Shown piece after piece: positions 41,753-52,206 of a DNA stretch of 64,000 bases (within the stretch, counting starts at the first letter, position 1; the number at the start of each line of letters is the position of its first letter). The notes beneath the pieces are model-generated. The model worked only from the letters and a program-made list of their open reading frames with translations, did not search any database and was not told the origin of the DNA. Origin of the DNA: Candidatus Bathyarchaeia archaeon (GTDB taxonomy: Archaea; Thermoproteota; CALKCG01; B24); contig JAVZJD010000002.1 of the NCBI GenBank assembly GCA_038870975.1, positions 224,001-288,000 of the forward strand, read 5' to 3'. Made by a program: the position numbers and the translations under genes.

Positions 41753-42363
41753 ACCGAACTTTTATATTGGTAGCTCTTTAAAAAGCATTATCCCACTAAA
41801 ACTTCCGTCAATTAAGCCGCAATCAATAAACCGACATGTCACCGAATTGATACAGGGGGGAAGTTGCTGAAGTCTAATCGAAAAGTGAATGCTATAAAAA
41901 CTACGTTTGAGGATTACTGTGGAGAGTTAAGGTTTCGTAGTCTTGTAGCTAGCTATTTCAAGTGGTTGACTGGCACTCTTAGTATACATCCGAGGGCAGA
42001 ACATGAAACGGCAGGGCTTCCTTAAAGAGGTGCTAAAGTAGAAAAATGGTAAACGTATTTTGCTGGATTAAAGTTGACCATGTATAGAAATTTGAAAGCA
42101 GTTTACATTTATATATTGTTTTTCGGCTTACGATAGGTATTCTAACTTGATTTCGTCCCGTGAAACCCCCTCCTTCCTAGAATTTAGCCTATCTACCTTC
42201 AAATAAATCCCTATACTACATTCCACTTCATCTATTTGTAGAAACAACACATAAACGGTAGGCAATTATCTGTATGAAAAACCTAGTCGTACAGAGCTTA
42301 AACCGTTAATGTTAGAGAGGATTTATGGAGATACTTTGCCTTCAAATCTAACCTACAGTAAGT

Positions 42364-42795
42364 CTACCTGTAGCTTGTCTGATCTCTTCTTCTAGCTCCA
42401 GGTCCTCCAAACTTTTTGGGCTCTTTCCTCCTAGGGTCTCCTACGAGTAGGGACCTATTGTATGCTAATATCTGTTTCTTAAGAACGTTGCTTTTAGTCC
42501 ACTTTACAAGTGCTCTAGCTATGCCCATAGCAGTCGCTTCCGCTTGAGACATAAATCCACCTCCTTTAACATCGGCATCTATATCTACTTTACTCCACAC
42601 GTCTTTGCCTACGATCATTAGAAGTTCCGTTACTATGTTTCTAGCAGCTTCGGGCTGGAATACTTCAAGGGGAATACGGTTTATTCTGATTCTGCCATTT
42701 CCCTCCGTCAGATAGACTCTTGCTACAGCAGTTTTACGCTTCCCAACTTCTACTACGACCGGCTCGCTTTTCCTATGTTTTTCACTCATCATCAA
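42364..42795 (-). CDS. rps9: 30S ribosomal protein uS9
   Basis: GKRKTAVAR, KKFGGPGARR..QTSYR. Confidence 0.97.
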   Translation of the reverse strand: MMMSEKHRKSEPVVVEVGKRKTAVARVYLTEGNGRIRINRIPLEVFQPEAARNIVTELLMIVGKDVWSKVDIDADVKGGGFMSQAEATAMGIARALVKWTKSNVLKKQILAYNRSLLVGDPRRKEPKKFGGPGARRRDQTSYR

Positions 42796-43223
42796 ACCCT
42801 CCAGCCGATCTGTCTGGCTAGTTCGCCCAACTTAAAACGTGAACCCTTAAGTCTATCTGCTTTGGCTTCTTCAATAGACTCAGGCTTCACATCTTTAAAA
42901 GCTTCTGGTACACCGATATATACTTTGAGTCTTTTAAGCGCAGTTCTACCTTTATGCTTCTCTCTTGGAAGCATTCCTCTAACAACCATCCTGAATATGG
43001 TGTCTGGCCTACGTGGATGGTAAGGACCTTTTCTATACTTACCGACTTCGAGAAATTCCTTCCACTCCTCTAGAGAAGAGTAAAAGTCTCCTGACACTAC
43101 GATGTTTTCAGCATTCACAACGGCGATTTTCTCTCCCTTTAGAAGTCTTTTAGCTACAACGCTGGCGAGCCTACCCATTATATGGTTTGACCCGTCTATA
43201 ACGGTAAAATCATCGGTAGGCAT
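42792..43223 (-). CDS. rpl13: 50S ribosomal protein uL13
   Basis: IMGRLAS..AK, GPYHPRRP, VRGMLP. Confidence 0.97.
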   Translation of the reverse strand: MPTDDFTVIDGSNHIMGRLASVVAKRLLKGEKIAVVNAENIVVSGDFYSSLEEWKEFLEVGKYRKGPYHPRRPDTIFRMVVRGMLPREKHKGRTALKRLKVYIGVPEAFKDVKPESIEEAKADRLKGSRFKLGELARQIGWRV

Positions 43224-43229
43224 ATACGA

Positions 43230-43586
43230 TCACTCTATTATCTTGATACGTGATCCTTCAGGGTTTAGTTCTGCGAGTTCAGCTATAGATAAGCATTTAC
43301 ATTCAGCTTTCATAAGCTTAGCTTTAGCTGTCTTGGAAAAACTTAATGCGGCTACGGTAATACGATGTGATATTTCGCCTAAACCGAGGATTTTGCCTGG
43401 AACTACGACAACTTCACCATCAGAAGTATACTTTGAAAGCTTTGATAGGTTAACCTCTGCCATAAGCCTCCTAGGCCTTTTAAGCCTTTCCGCGATGTCA
43501 GACCAAAAATTAGACTTACGCCCGAGTATTTGGAGAAACTTGATGGTGTTTATCAATGCTGGGTTAGATTTGCTACGTCTAACCAT
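43230..43586 (-). CDS. rpl18e: 50S ribosomal protein eL18
   Basis: EVNLSKL, VVPGKILG, FSKTA. Confidence 0.95.
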   Translation of the reverse strand: MVRRSKSNPALINTIKFLQILGRKSNFWSDIAERLKRPRRLMAEVNLSKLSKYTSDGEVVVVPGKILGLGEISHRITVAALSFSKTAKAKLMKAECKCLSIAELAELNPEGSRIKIIE

Positions 43587-43588
43587 GA

Positions 43589-44443
43589 CTAAACAACCCC
43601 TATTTCACTTAACTGTTTCAGAAAAGTCTCACTCTTTGTCATAAGAATTTTACACGCTTCAGATAAAACCCTCCAAGCGGGGAGGGAGCCAGTAGTTTCT
43701 AAAAAGAATATAAGTGAGTTTTTATCGAAGTCAACCTTAATTGCATTTTGAGCACACTTGTCAATACATTCATTACATAAATCGCATTTGATCGGATCTT
43801 TTACACTCGCTTTACCGTTTTTTAGGGTAAGCACATCCCTATGACATACATTTACACATGAACTGCATCCTGTACACTTAGAGCCATCTATTGAAATAAT
43901 CGGATAATACTTGTATGTACATCTAACCACTGGGGACCATTTAGCGTGTTTAGTGGCTTTCCCAAGCCTAGCGTAGGCTTCAAGTTTAATCTTCTGACCG
44001 GGAGCGAGTTTAACGATTGGAATTTTATCGTTCACGGGTTTTACCTCAGGGTTAGACTCATGAGGCTTAAGATCCCCAGAGTAAACGACGGTTACACCGT
44101 CTTCTTTTCCCTCAACATCCAAAACCAACACGGCAGAACACTTATTGCAACCCGTTTCGGTTCCACATCCACATTCTTCGGGGAGCAAGTAGCTGTCTAA
44201 GTCTGTTCTTAAAGGTATTAAGCCGAGCCTGTGGGCTAAGACTTCATCGTACATGACTGAGGTATTCTCGATTATATATACGTCGTCTATAGCCATCACT
44301 GGGACCTCAGCTATCATTGTTCTTCTTAAGGAGTTCATAAACCTTGGAGAAACGCCTTTAACTATGAAGTGTACTTCATTATAGTTCTTCTTTAAAATCT
44401 CTATCTGCAATACACCGTCCTCCGACTTATAGGAGAGTAACAT
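43589..44443 (-). CDS. rpoD: RNA polymerase subunit D (Rpo3) with ferredoxin-like domain; start probably TTG 44410
   Basis: NSLRR, AHRLGLIP, HAKWSP, two CxxCxxCxxxC motifs. Confidence 0.95.
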   Translation of the reverse strand: MLLSYKSEDGVLQIEILKKNYNEVHFIVKGVSPRFMNSLRRTMIAEVPVMAIDDVYIIENTSVMYDEVLAHRLGLIPLRTDLDSYLLPEECGCGTETGCNKCSAVLVLDVEGKEDGVTVVYSGDLKPHESNPEVKPVNDKIPIVKLAPGQKIKLEAYARLGKATKHAKWSPVVRCTYKYYPIISIDGSKCTGCSSCVNVCHRDVLTLKNGKASVKDPIKCDLCNECIDKCAQNAIKVDFDKNSLIFFLETTGSLPAWRVLSEACKILMTKSETFLKQLSEIGVV

Positions 44444-44520
44444 GAGCTTCCATATAATCTTTACTTTAGCTTGGGAGGAAGAATCTTTAAATTGGAGTTT
44501 GTAGCATAGCTAAGCTAGCT

Positions 44521-44943
44521 ATGTCTGAAGAAGCTAAGAGTGAAATTAAGAGTAGTAGAGAGGAAAGGTGGGGTATTGCCCACATCTACAGTTCATCTAA
44601 TAATACCATAGTTCATATTACAGATTTAACAGGAGCTGAAACAATAGCCTTATGTTCAGGTGGTATGTTTGTTGACGCCGATAGACTTCAAGGTTCTCCT
44701 TATGCGGCTATGCAGGCGGCCTCAGCCGCGGCTGAAATCGCCAAGGAAAAAGGTATAACAGCACTCCATATAAAGGTCAGGGCACCTGGAGGTATTAAGT
44801 CTAAAGTTCCTGGGCCTGGAGCTATGCATGCCATAAGAATACTTGCTAGAGCTGGTTTTAAAATAGGTAGAGTTGATGATGTTACGCCGATTCCACATGA
44901 TGGGTGTAGGAGGAAAGGAGGACGTAGAGGGAGAAGACCGTAA
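44521..44943 (+). CDS. rps11: 30S ribosomal protein uS11 (inverted relative to neighbours)
   Basis: [40 protein letters not shown]. Confidence 0.97.
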   Translation: MSEEAKSEIKSSREERWGIAHIYSSSNNTIVHITDLTGAETIALCSGGMFVDADRLQGSPYAAMQAASAAAEIAKEKGITALHIKVRAPGGIKSKVPGPGAMHAIRILARAGFKIGRVDDVTPIPHDGCRRKGGRRGRRP

Positions 44944-44952
44944 AGTTGCTGT

Positions 44953-45525
44953 TTAAGGAGAATCAAGCTCTCTTGAAACTTCTTCCATCTTACTCGTCAT
45001 ATGTACTGCTTCTATCGATATTCTAACTGGGTGTTTAGGGTTATTGAATGGACTGTCTGGGGAATAATGTATTGTGTTTTCTTCTCCGGCTTTCACGATG
45101 TAAGATGGGACTCTAACTGTTCTCCCGTTCACTGTTATATGCCCATGCACTATGAACTGTCGAGCTTGATGAATAGATTTTGCTAAGCCGAGCTTATAAA
45201 CAAACGTTTGAAGTCTTCGGTTTAAAATGTCTTCGAGTGTTAGTTCCAATACGTGGTCTAACGTGGCTGATTCTGAAAGTAGACCTATACGTCTGAGCTT
45301 ATTTAAAAGTGTTGTTTCGGCTTTAACTCTAACCTCTTGTGGTTGGGCTAAAAGACTTCTGGCTATGGCTCTTATGCGTGAAAGTTGAGTTTTATGTCTC
45401 CAAAGTTCACGCTTATTTCTAAGTCCGTATTCACCTAGATAGCGTAGTTCGAGTTGGAGTGTTTGTATATCCCAAGGCTTTCTGGGGGTTTCATACTTTT
45501 TCCTCTGCCTCTTTGGGTCACCCAA
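44953..45525 (-). CDS. rps4: 30S ribosomal protein uS4
   Basis: MGDPK, YGLRNKRELW, RRLQT, ARQFIVHGHI. Confidence 0.97.
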   Translation of the reverse strand: MGDPKRQRKKYETPRKPWDIQTLQLELRYLGEYGLRNKRELWRHKTQLSRIRAIARSLLAQPQEVRVKAETTLLNKLRRIGLLSESATLDHVLELTLEDILNRRLQTFVYKLGLAKSIHQARQFIVHGHITVNGRTVRVPSYIVKAGEENTIHYSPDSPFNNPKHPVRISIEAVHMTSKMEEVSRELDSP

Positions 45526-45536
45526 ATTTTACACCT

Positions 45537-45992
45537 CTACTTAGCAACTTTTTTCCTCTGAACACCCACGGTTCTTCCAGTTCTACCAGTTGTTCTAGTC
45601 TTCTGACCTCTGACCTTTAAACCTAAACTGTGTCTCCAACCTTTCCAGGAGCGTATGCTCTTCATAAAATCGATATCCTGCTTAACTCTAAGCTCTAAAT
45701 CAGGTCCTATTAGGTGTATATCCTTACCTGTTTCAAGGTCTTTACGTCTATTAAACATCCAACTTGGAATATTAAATTTCCAAGGTTCCCTTAGGGCAAC
45801 TTCTATCCTCTTAAGCTCTTCATCCGACAATTCACCCATACGCTTATTGGGATCTAAGTTTAGACTTCTAGCTATAGCCCAGCCGAGTGTGATACCTACA
45901 CCTTTGATCTTTCTAAGGGCATAGGGAACCTTCTTAAAGCCATCTAAGTCCGTATCCATCAATCGCACTATGTATCTAAATCCTTCGCTCAA
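45537..45992 (-). CDS. rps13: 30S ribosomal protein uS13
   Basis: IKGVG, NRRKD, GLKVRGQKTRTTGR. Confidence 0.97.
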   Translation of the reverse strand: MSEGFRYIVRLMDTDLDGFKKVPYALRKIKGVGITLGWAIARSLNLDPNKRMGELSDEELKRIEVALREPWKFNIPSWMFNRRKDLETGKDIHLIGPDLELRVKQDIDFMKSIRSWKGWRHSLGLKVRGQKTRTTGRTGRTVGVQRKKVAK

Positions 45993-46065
45993 ATTTTACA
46001 CCATGTATAGGAAACGAGTACTTAAACCGCTATATAAGCTTATTTTTATCGTTTAAGCTTAGCCT

Positions 46066-46192
46066 ATTTATGCTTTATGAAAGCATTATATCGTTGAATG
46101 CCGCCACGTATTTGAAGCCAACTTCAACAAGCTTAAAAGCTTCATCCACCGTTAAAGCCGTTTTACAATAAACCCTGCGTATGTGTAGACAC
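46066..46192 (-). pseudogene. Remnant of the C-terminal tail of an archaeal tyrosine recombinase/integrase
   Basis: Manual translation VYTY / YCKTALTVDEAFKLVEVGFKYVAAFNDIML, similar from recollection to the CKVAKTVEEA..LIEAGFEYV...LFRKRK tail of Bathyarchaeia-type integrases. Confidence 0.5.
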
Positions 46193-46466
46193 TTCACGCT
46201 GAAGCGTCAAAGGAGAACTTCCATAACCTTTCATGGCTCAGGTCTATATTTTCTCCATCTAATTTCCATAGATTTTTCATGTATTTTCGAGTAGACCCCC
46301 CCTTCTAGCTCTTCAACCCTCGCCTCTTTCTCGTTGAGTTGGGCAATGAAGAGTCGAATTGTGGTTTAATCCACGATTAAAGATTTATACTTTTCAAGTT
46401 CATGGCTTCTCGGATTTCATCTGATAGTCCTTTTCAAACCATATGGAAAAATTGGGGAGCTTCACT

Positions 46467-48923
46467 TTACCACTTTAAAAAGCCGTATTCTAAGATTGAT
46501 TTAAATTCTTCTATTGTGAGGTCTCTCGGGGTTTCTACGAGTATTTCGGCTTCACTGTTTGGAGGGATGCTTAAGTAGTTGTCGTTGTATTTCGCGTCGA
46601 CGTTTCTAAGCTTGATGTAGACTCCGTAGGCGTAGTTTTTAACGGTTAGGCTTACTTTAAACCTCCTCATGTCAAGTTTTTCAACTCTGATGTTTAACAT
46701 CGGGTCTGGAAGCTCTACGTGTTTAAATTCTCCGATTAAAACGTCGTTAACAGCTTTACCGCCGTCAAACGTGAACTCCGCAACTGCTACAGCCCCTTTA
46801 AAGCTTTCAACGTCCAAGACTAGGCATTCCTTGGCAGAATTTCCCTTTATGTCTAGGTTCTCAATAGTTTTACTGAGTAACAATTCGCCTGTGAGTTTTT
46901 GAACTGTGAGTTTTAAAACCCCTTTTATCCGTTGAAGTGTGTCGTTTACCACGGAGATTTGAAGACTTCGCCCCCTCAAGTTTAACGCCACGTAGACGGA
47001 GTTGAAAGCCCTTTTAACGTAGTAGTAGGCGGGCTTAGGTCTAAAGTAGTAGTCTATGAGACTCCAGCTTACAACGGGCCAGCAGTCGTTGATCTGCCAT
47101 ATGAGGCAACCGCTGGTCTTAAACATTCTACTTCTCCAGTGGGAGATGGCTGTTTTCAAAGCTTCAGCTTGATTAAGCTGTGTTAGGTAGATGAATTTCC
47201 GAAGGTCTTCAGGGACTCTAAAATGAGCCGCTAGAAACCTGTAGAGTCTCTCAGTCCCCTCGTACATTTTATTATGCCACTCCATAACCTGGCTTTGAGC
47301 CCATCTATCCTCCTCAGCTGTAAACGATTCAACAGTCTCCATGACAGGCGGGGCTTGAAAGCCGAATTCGCTGATAAACCTACCGTTATCCCAGAGATAG
47401 AACCTCCAGTCCCTCCATCCGCTCCATATATCCCAGCTGTGTCTATCGCCTTCTCTGGGACTATTAGGGTCTTCCCCTCCGTATGGGCTACTGGGCCAGT
47501 ACGGTCTAGTTGGGTCTAATCGCTTGACAATCTCAGGAATGACTTTATGGTAGATCTTTTCACCGTAGAATCTATCTCTCACCCACCATTTGGCTTTAAA
47601 ACCCCAGTCGTTCTCGTTGTTTCCACACCATAAAACTATAGACGGGTGGCTTCTAAGCCTCTTAACATTCTCTTCAACTTCTCTCTCAACAGAGGCTATG
47701 AAGAAGTCTTCCTCAGGATACTCTCCACATGCGAACATGAAGTCCTGCCAAACCATTATACCGAGTTCATCGCATAAGTCGTAGAAGTCGTCGTTTTCAT
47801 ATATTCCACCGCCCCATACTCTAAGCATATTCATATTCGCTTCTGAAGCCGCCTCTAGAAGTCTTCTATAGACCTCCCTATTCACTCTAGGTAGAAGACT
47901 ATCCGCTGGAATCCAATTAGCGCCTTTACAGAAAACAGGTATACCGTTGATTCTGAATATGAAGCACTCCCCCTCTTCATCACTAGACCTCTGAAGCTCG
48001 ATACATCTGACGCCGAATCTAACCTTAAGACTGTCTAAGACATTCATACCGCTTAGAAGGGTTGTATTAAGCGTGTATAAGTGTTGAGCACCGTATCCTC
48101 TCGGATACCAAAGCTTAGGCTTTCCTATTTTAAGCTCAGAGCTGAAAACGTTTAAACCTTCCCCCGCTAATCCTTCTACGCTCGCCTCAACATCCTCCCC
48201 CTCCAATCTAAACAATAGTTTAACACGGCATGGTTTAACACAGTATACTTCAGCTTCAACTTTGACTAAGGCTTCTTCATCTGAAACCTTCATAGGGAGC
48301 GCTGAAACATATCCTAATCTGGCTTCATCATACGCTAGAAGTTCTACGCTTTTCCATATGCCGACTGTTGGTAATCTCGGACCCCAATCCCATCCAAACG
48401 AGTACTGCGCCTTCCGACCGTAGACTCTAGCATTGTAGAATGCAGCCCATAGTCTTCCATATTTAGACTCCAACGTCTCCATAACCTTCGACGGAGATTT
48501 AAATCTAACGAGTAATGTGTTCTTCCCTGGTTTTATCAGCCCGTTGACTTTAAACCTCCAAGGGTGAAACATATTGTCGGCTTCACAGAGCTTTACACCG
48601 TTAAGCCAAACCTCAGCGTAAGTATCTAAACCCTGGAAGATAAGTTCTAGACCGCTTTTACCAGCTATTTCACTTGAAGCATCGAACTCCTTAACATACA
48701 GCCAATCTTTCTCCTCAATCCACGAGACTTCAATCTCATTCATCCTGTAAAATGGGTCTGGAATCACACCATTTCTCATAAGGTCTAAGTGGACTACACC
48801 TGGAACTTCACCCCTCATCCAGCCTTCAGCACTCAGATCAATCCTTGAAACATCAACGTATTCGTTAAAATCCAACCCTTTGAAAAACCAGACACCGTTA
48901 AGTGGAATTCTTACGATAGACAT
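46467..48923 (-). CDS. GH2 beta-mannosidase
   Basis: RKAQYSFGWDWGP, KGANWIP, RVWGGGIYE, WQDFMFAC, WCGNNE, SEFG, WQINDCWP. Confidence 0.92.
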   Translation of the reverse strand: MSIVRIPLNGVWFFKGLDFNEYVDVSRIDLSAEGWMRGEVPGVVHLDLMRNGVIPDPFYRMNEIEVSWIEEKDWLYVKEFDASSEIAGKSGLELIFQGLDTYAEVWLNGVKLCEADNMFHPWRFKVNGLIKPGKNTLLVRFKSPSKVMETLESKYGRLWAAFYNARVYGRKAQYSFGWDWGPRLPTVGIWKSVELLAYDEARLGYVSALPMKVSDEEALVKVEAEVYCVKPCRVKLLFRLEGEDVEASVEGLAGEGLNVFSSELKIGKPKLWYPRGYGAQHLYTLNTTLLSGMNVLDSLKVRFGVRCIELQRSSDEEGECFIFRINGIPVFCKGANWIPADSLLPRVNREVYRRLLEAASEANMNMLRVWGGGIYENDDFYDLCDELGIMVWQDFMFACGEYPEEDFFIASVEREVEENVKRLRSHPSIVLWCGNNENDWGFKAKWWVRDRFYGEKIYHKVIPEIVKRLDPTRPYWPSSPYGGEDPNSPREGDRHSWDIWSGWRDWRFYLWDNGRFISEFGFQAPPVMETVESFTAEEDRWAQSQVMEWHNKMYEGTERLYRFLAAHFRVPEDLRKFIYLTQLNQAEALKTAISHWRSRMFKTSGCLIWQINDCWPVVSWSLIDYYFRPKPAYYYVKRAFNSVYVALNLRGRSLQISVVNDTLQRIKGVLKLTVQKLTGELLLSKTIENLDIKGNSAKECLVLDVESFKGAVAVAEFTFDGGKAVNDVLIGEFKHVELPDPMLNIRVEKLDMRRFKVSLTVKNYAYGVYIKLRNVDAKYNDNYLSIPPNSEAEILVETPRDLTIEEFKSILEYGFLKW

Positions 48924-49125
48924 ACGCTATATGATAAGATTAAACCGAATTTAAACATAACCACTCCGTATCTACGTAGCCTCTGAAAGCATGAGGCAAC
49001 ATGCTTAGGAGATGTGTCTGCGACCATTTCGCTTATTGGTTAGTACTCTAGAGGATGCCATTATAAATCATGAGTTGAAGCTTAGTTTTAAACGTCTCTA
49101 CTGCTATATGATTTGAGGTGGTAAG

Positions 49126-50160
49126 TTGGATAGGATTAGAGTAGGATTCGTAGGGTGTGGTTCCCATTCCACGGAAAACCTATACCCGTGTTTAAGGTAT
49201 TTCGCAGATAAAGTGGAGCTTGTAGCAACCTGCGATATAGATGTTGGAAAAGCAGAGAAAAACGCTAGACTATTCGGATTCAGTAAGTGGTATAGAGATT
49301 ATAGGCAGATGATTGAGAAGGAGGACTTAGACGGGGTTTTCATAGTCGGCCATCCGAATATGCACTACGAGGTTGGGCTTGAATGTCTGAAGTCTGGAAT
49401 CCACGTATTCGTAGAGAAGCCTCCGGCGTTAAACTCGGATCAAGCGTACAGGCTTTTAGAGACATCTAGAGAATACGGTAGGTTTATAATGGTTGCTTTC
49501 ATGAAGAGGTTTTCAGTAGGCTATAGGCTTGCTAAAACCATTATAAGTAGATTGGAGCAGGGTAGGGTTGTCCATATATCGACTAAATTCGCCAACGGAC
49601 CGTACGGGTCAGTGTGGGGTATAGAGCCTCCGGCTAGAGCCTATCTGATAGGTCAGGCTGTCCACCATTTCGACCTCCTAAGATTCCTAGTGGGGGATGT
49701 TGAAGAAGTCTACAGTAAACTCTATACTTTAGCCGATTCTAAGTTCTCATTCTCAATACTTGTGACTTTTGAAAACGGTGTAACCGGTGTTATGAACCTC
49801 AATTCGTGTCAGTCTTGGTCTAAGATCGATGAGTACGTAGAAGTTACATGCGATGAATCGTTCATATTCATCGACGATATGGCTTCACAAGTCAAGTACT
49901 ATCCAAGGGGGTTATGGGTTGAAACAGAGGGCTTTAAAGCCGAAAATCAAGGATACTTTTGGGAGGTTAACCACCTACCCACCGTAGAATATCAGAGTAG
50001 GTATCTCAGAGGATATTATGGGGAGATTGAGCACTTTATAGACTCTATTCTGAGGAATAGACCTCCAAAGCCAGACATAGAGGACGGATTTAAGGCTCTC
50101 AGACTAGCTGAAGCCGTATGGAGAAGTGTTTGCGAAGGGAGGGTTATAAAACTTCAGTAA
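49126..50160 (+). CDS. Gfo/Idh/MocA oxidoreductase
   Basis: GFVGCG, HVFVEKP, FMKRF, H.FD. Confidence 0.9.
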   Translation: MDRIRVGFVGCGSHSTENLYPCLRYFADKVELVATCDIDVGKAEKNARLFGFSKWYRDYRQMIEKEDLDGVFIVGHPNMHYEVGLECLKSGIHVFVEKPPALNSDQAYRLLETSREYGRFIMVAFMKRFSVGYRLAKTIISRLEQGRVVHISTKFANGPYGSVWGIEPPARAYLIGQAVHHFDLLRFLVGDVEEVYSKLYTLADSKFSFSILVTFENGVTGVMNLNSCQSWSKIDEYVEVTCDESFIFIDDMASQVKYYPRGLWVETEGFKAENQGYFWEVNHLPTVEYQSRYLRGYYGEIEHFIDSILRNRPPKPDIEDGFKALRLAEAVWRSVCEGRVIKLQ

Positions 50161-50203
50161 CCACCTCAATTATTTAAAGGGCGGAGGATGCGGATATATT
50201 TAG

Positions 50204-50731
50204 GTGTCTGACTTGGTTTATGTAATAGTAGTCTGTGAAAGAGGTGAGGACTTCGTAGTTTTAAGGGAGATCAGCGATTTAGGAGAGTTTAAAGAAACGG
50301 GCTTTAGAGATGTTTTACAAGGTCAAGTCGAAGATTTAGAGGCGTTTCTAGAAGAACTCACCAAGAGGCGGCTTACAGCCGTAAGCCGCGTGATCCCGGT
50401 GGAGGAATTCTTCAAGTTTAAACCCGAGGATCTTCTGGAAATATTGAAGGAGAGAGTTAGAAGGCTAGTGGATAGAATTGGGGAGGGTGAAAGCTTCTGC
50501 GTGAGGGTTGAACGTAGAGGTTTCAAAGGAGCGGTTTCAAGTAGCGAATTGGAGAGAGAATTAGGAGGATATGTATGGCAGTTTTTAAAAGATAAGTATG
50601 GGAAGCCTCCAAAGGTGGATTTAACAAACCCAGACAAATTGATATCTATTCAAACAATAGGTGGATTATGTGGAATAGCTTTAGTGGATCGGAAGCTTAG
50701 AGAGAAATACCCCTTTGTTAGAGTCAAGTAG
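50204..50731 (+). CDS. Stand-alone THUMP-domain protein
   Basis: SFCVRVERRG...ELERELG...VDLTNPD. Confidence 0.8.
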   Translation: MSDLVYVIVVCERGEDFVVLREISDLGEFKETGFRDVLQGQVEDLEAFLEELTKRRLTAVSRVIPVEEFFKFKPEDLLEILKERVRRLVDRIGEGESFCVRVERRGFKGAVSSSELERELGGYVWQFLKDKYGKPPKVDLTNPDKLISIQTIGGLCGIALVDRKLREKYPFVRVK

Positions 50732-50810
50732 AGAAGACTAATTCTTCATTAGAAGCTCAACATTTCACCCGAAGCGAATAACCTAAAAGATTGAGAAAAT
50801 AAAAGTGCGT

Positions 50811-51299
50811 TCAAAGCTTATAACCTATCTTCCTTAGAAACTCCTTCCTTTCTTCAACATCCTTCTCTTCTTCAACACCTTTCGTTCTAAAACCATCTAT
50901 AACACCTAGTATCCCCCTACCTTGATCTGTTTCGGCCACTACCACCTGTAAAGGATTGGCTGTAGCTGCTATTACTCTACAGACTTCTGGAACTTGTTTA
51001 ATGGAATTCAACACGTTTATCGGATATGCGTCTCTGAGATACACTATGAAAACGTGTCCACAACCTAACTTCAAGGCATTACATATTGCAAGCTTCTTCA
51101 ACTCATTGTCATTACCACTCGCTCTAACAAGACATGGTCCACTGGCTTCGTTGAAAGCCAATCCGAATTTCACAGTGGGAGCTGAGTTGACTAGAGCTTC
51201 ATGTAAATCTTCAACGGTCTTTATGAAGTGGGCCTGCCCAATTATAACATTCACACCCTTGGGTACGTCTAATTGTACGACTTCCATCTTAAACTCCAA
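50811..51299 (-). CDS. DUF355 adenosine-specific kinase-like protein
   Basis: [30 protein letters not shown]. Confidence 0.88.
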   Translation of the reverse strand: MEFKMEVVQLDVPKGVNVIIGQAHFIKTVEDLHEALVNSAPTVKFGLAFNEASGPCLVRASGNDNELKKLAICNALKLGCGHVFIVYLRDAYPINVLNSIKQVPEVCRVIAATANPLQVVVAETDQGRGILGVIDGFRTKGVEEEKDVEERKEFLRKIGYKL

Positions 51300-51465
51300 A
51301 ATCGACCACCTCTACCAGATCATTCTTCTCAAAGATAGGGTATTTAAAATTGCTTAGGGACTGAAGGGGAAATACATGCATACGGATGATGTAATGCATC
51401 TATACTCAGGATAAGCTTAAAAAGCACTTATGTTTAGAGTTCTCCGAGTTTACTAGGCGGTATTT

Positions 51466-52155
51466 TTGGATTTCAAACTTAAGCTACTATCGATACTGTT
51501 GATAGTGATAATCATAGGGCTAGGCATAAGAATAGCCTATAGAAGTATTGAGAGATTTCTGATCTACGGTTCTCCAATCTATAAAGGATTCAGCATTTTC
51601 ACGCTGTGTTTCATAGGAAGTGCTTCGCCCGTAGTTCCAATACCTTATACAGCTATCATCTTAATGTTGGCTGCATCCATTCCAGATCTTAATCTAGTTG
51701 AGGTTGCAGTATGGGGAGGCTTAGGCTCTGGGCTGGGGCAAACTACAAGCTGGATCGTAGGAAAGTACTTGGGTAAAAGTGTTAAATCGCCTAAGTATGA
51801 AAGAAGGCTTAAAATCATATCAGCTTTGACTAAGAAATATAGTTTAATTGTCTTTTTCACAACGTTTCTGTTTGCGCTGACACCTCTGCCTGACAGTATT
51901 CTATTTATAATTTTGGGAGCTATAGACTACAGCCTGGTATACATTCTAGTACCAGCCGTATTAGGAAAGACTGCTATGATCTACATCATCGGATTATTCG
52001 GTAAAATCGTGGGCGAACGGCTACCTTTCTGGTTTTCACTTCTTCTTACAATACTTCTCACAGTTGTATTCATAGCAGGTGTCGAACTTGTAGATTGGGA
52101 AAGGTTGGCTAAGTACCTTAAAACTCCACCACCTAAGGTAGATGGTAAGGGCTAG
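51466..52155 (+). CDS. VTT/DedA-family membrane protein
   Basis: PIPY, GSGLG, FALTPLPD, GK motifs. Confidence 0.8.
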   Translation: MDFKLKLLSILLIVIIIGLGIRIAYRSIERFLIYGSPIYKGFSIFTLCFIGSASPVVPIPYTAIILMLAASIPDLNLVEVAVWGGLGSGLGQTTSWIVGKYLGKSVKSPKYERRLKIISALTKKYSLIVFFTTFLFALTPLPDSILFIILGAIDYSLVYILVPAVLGKTAMIYIIGLFGKIVGERLPFWFSLLLTILLTVVFIAGVELVDWERLAKYLKTPPPKVDGKG

Positions 52156-52206
52156 ATCGCTGTGAAGATGTAGAAACTAATCCTCATGGATTTCATAAAG
52201 GGTAGG

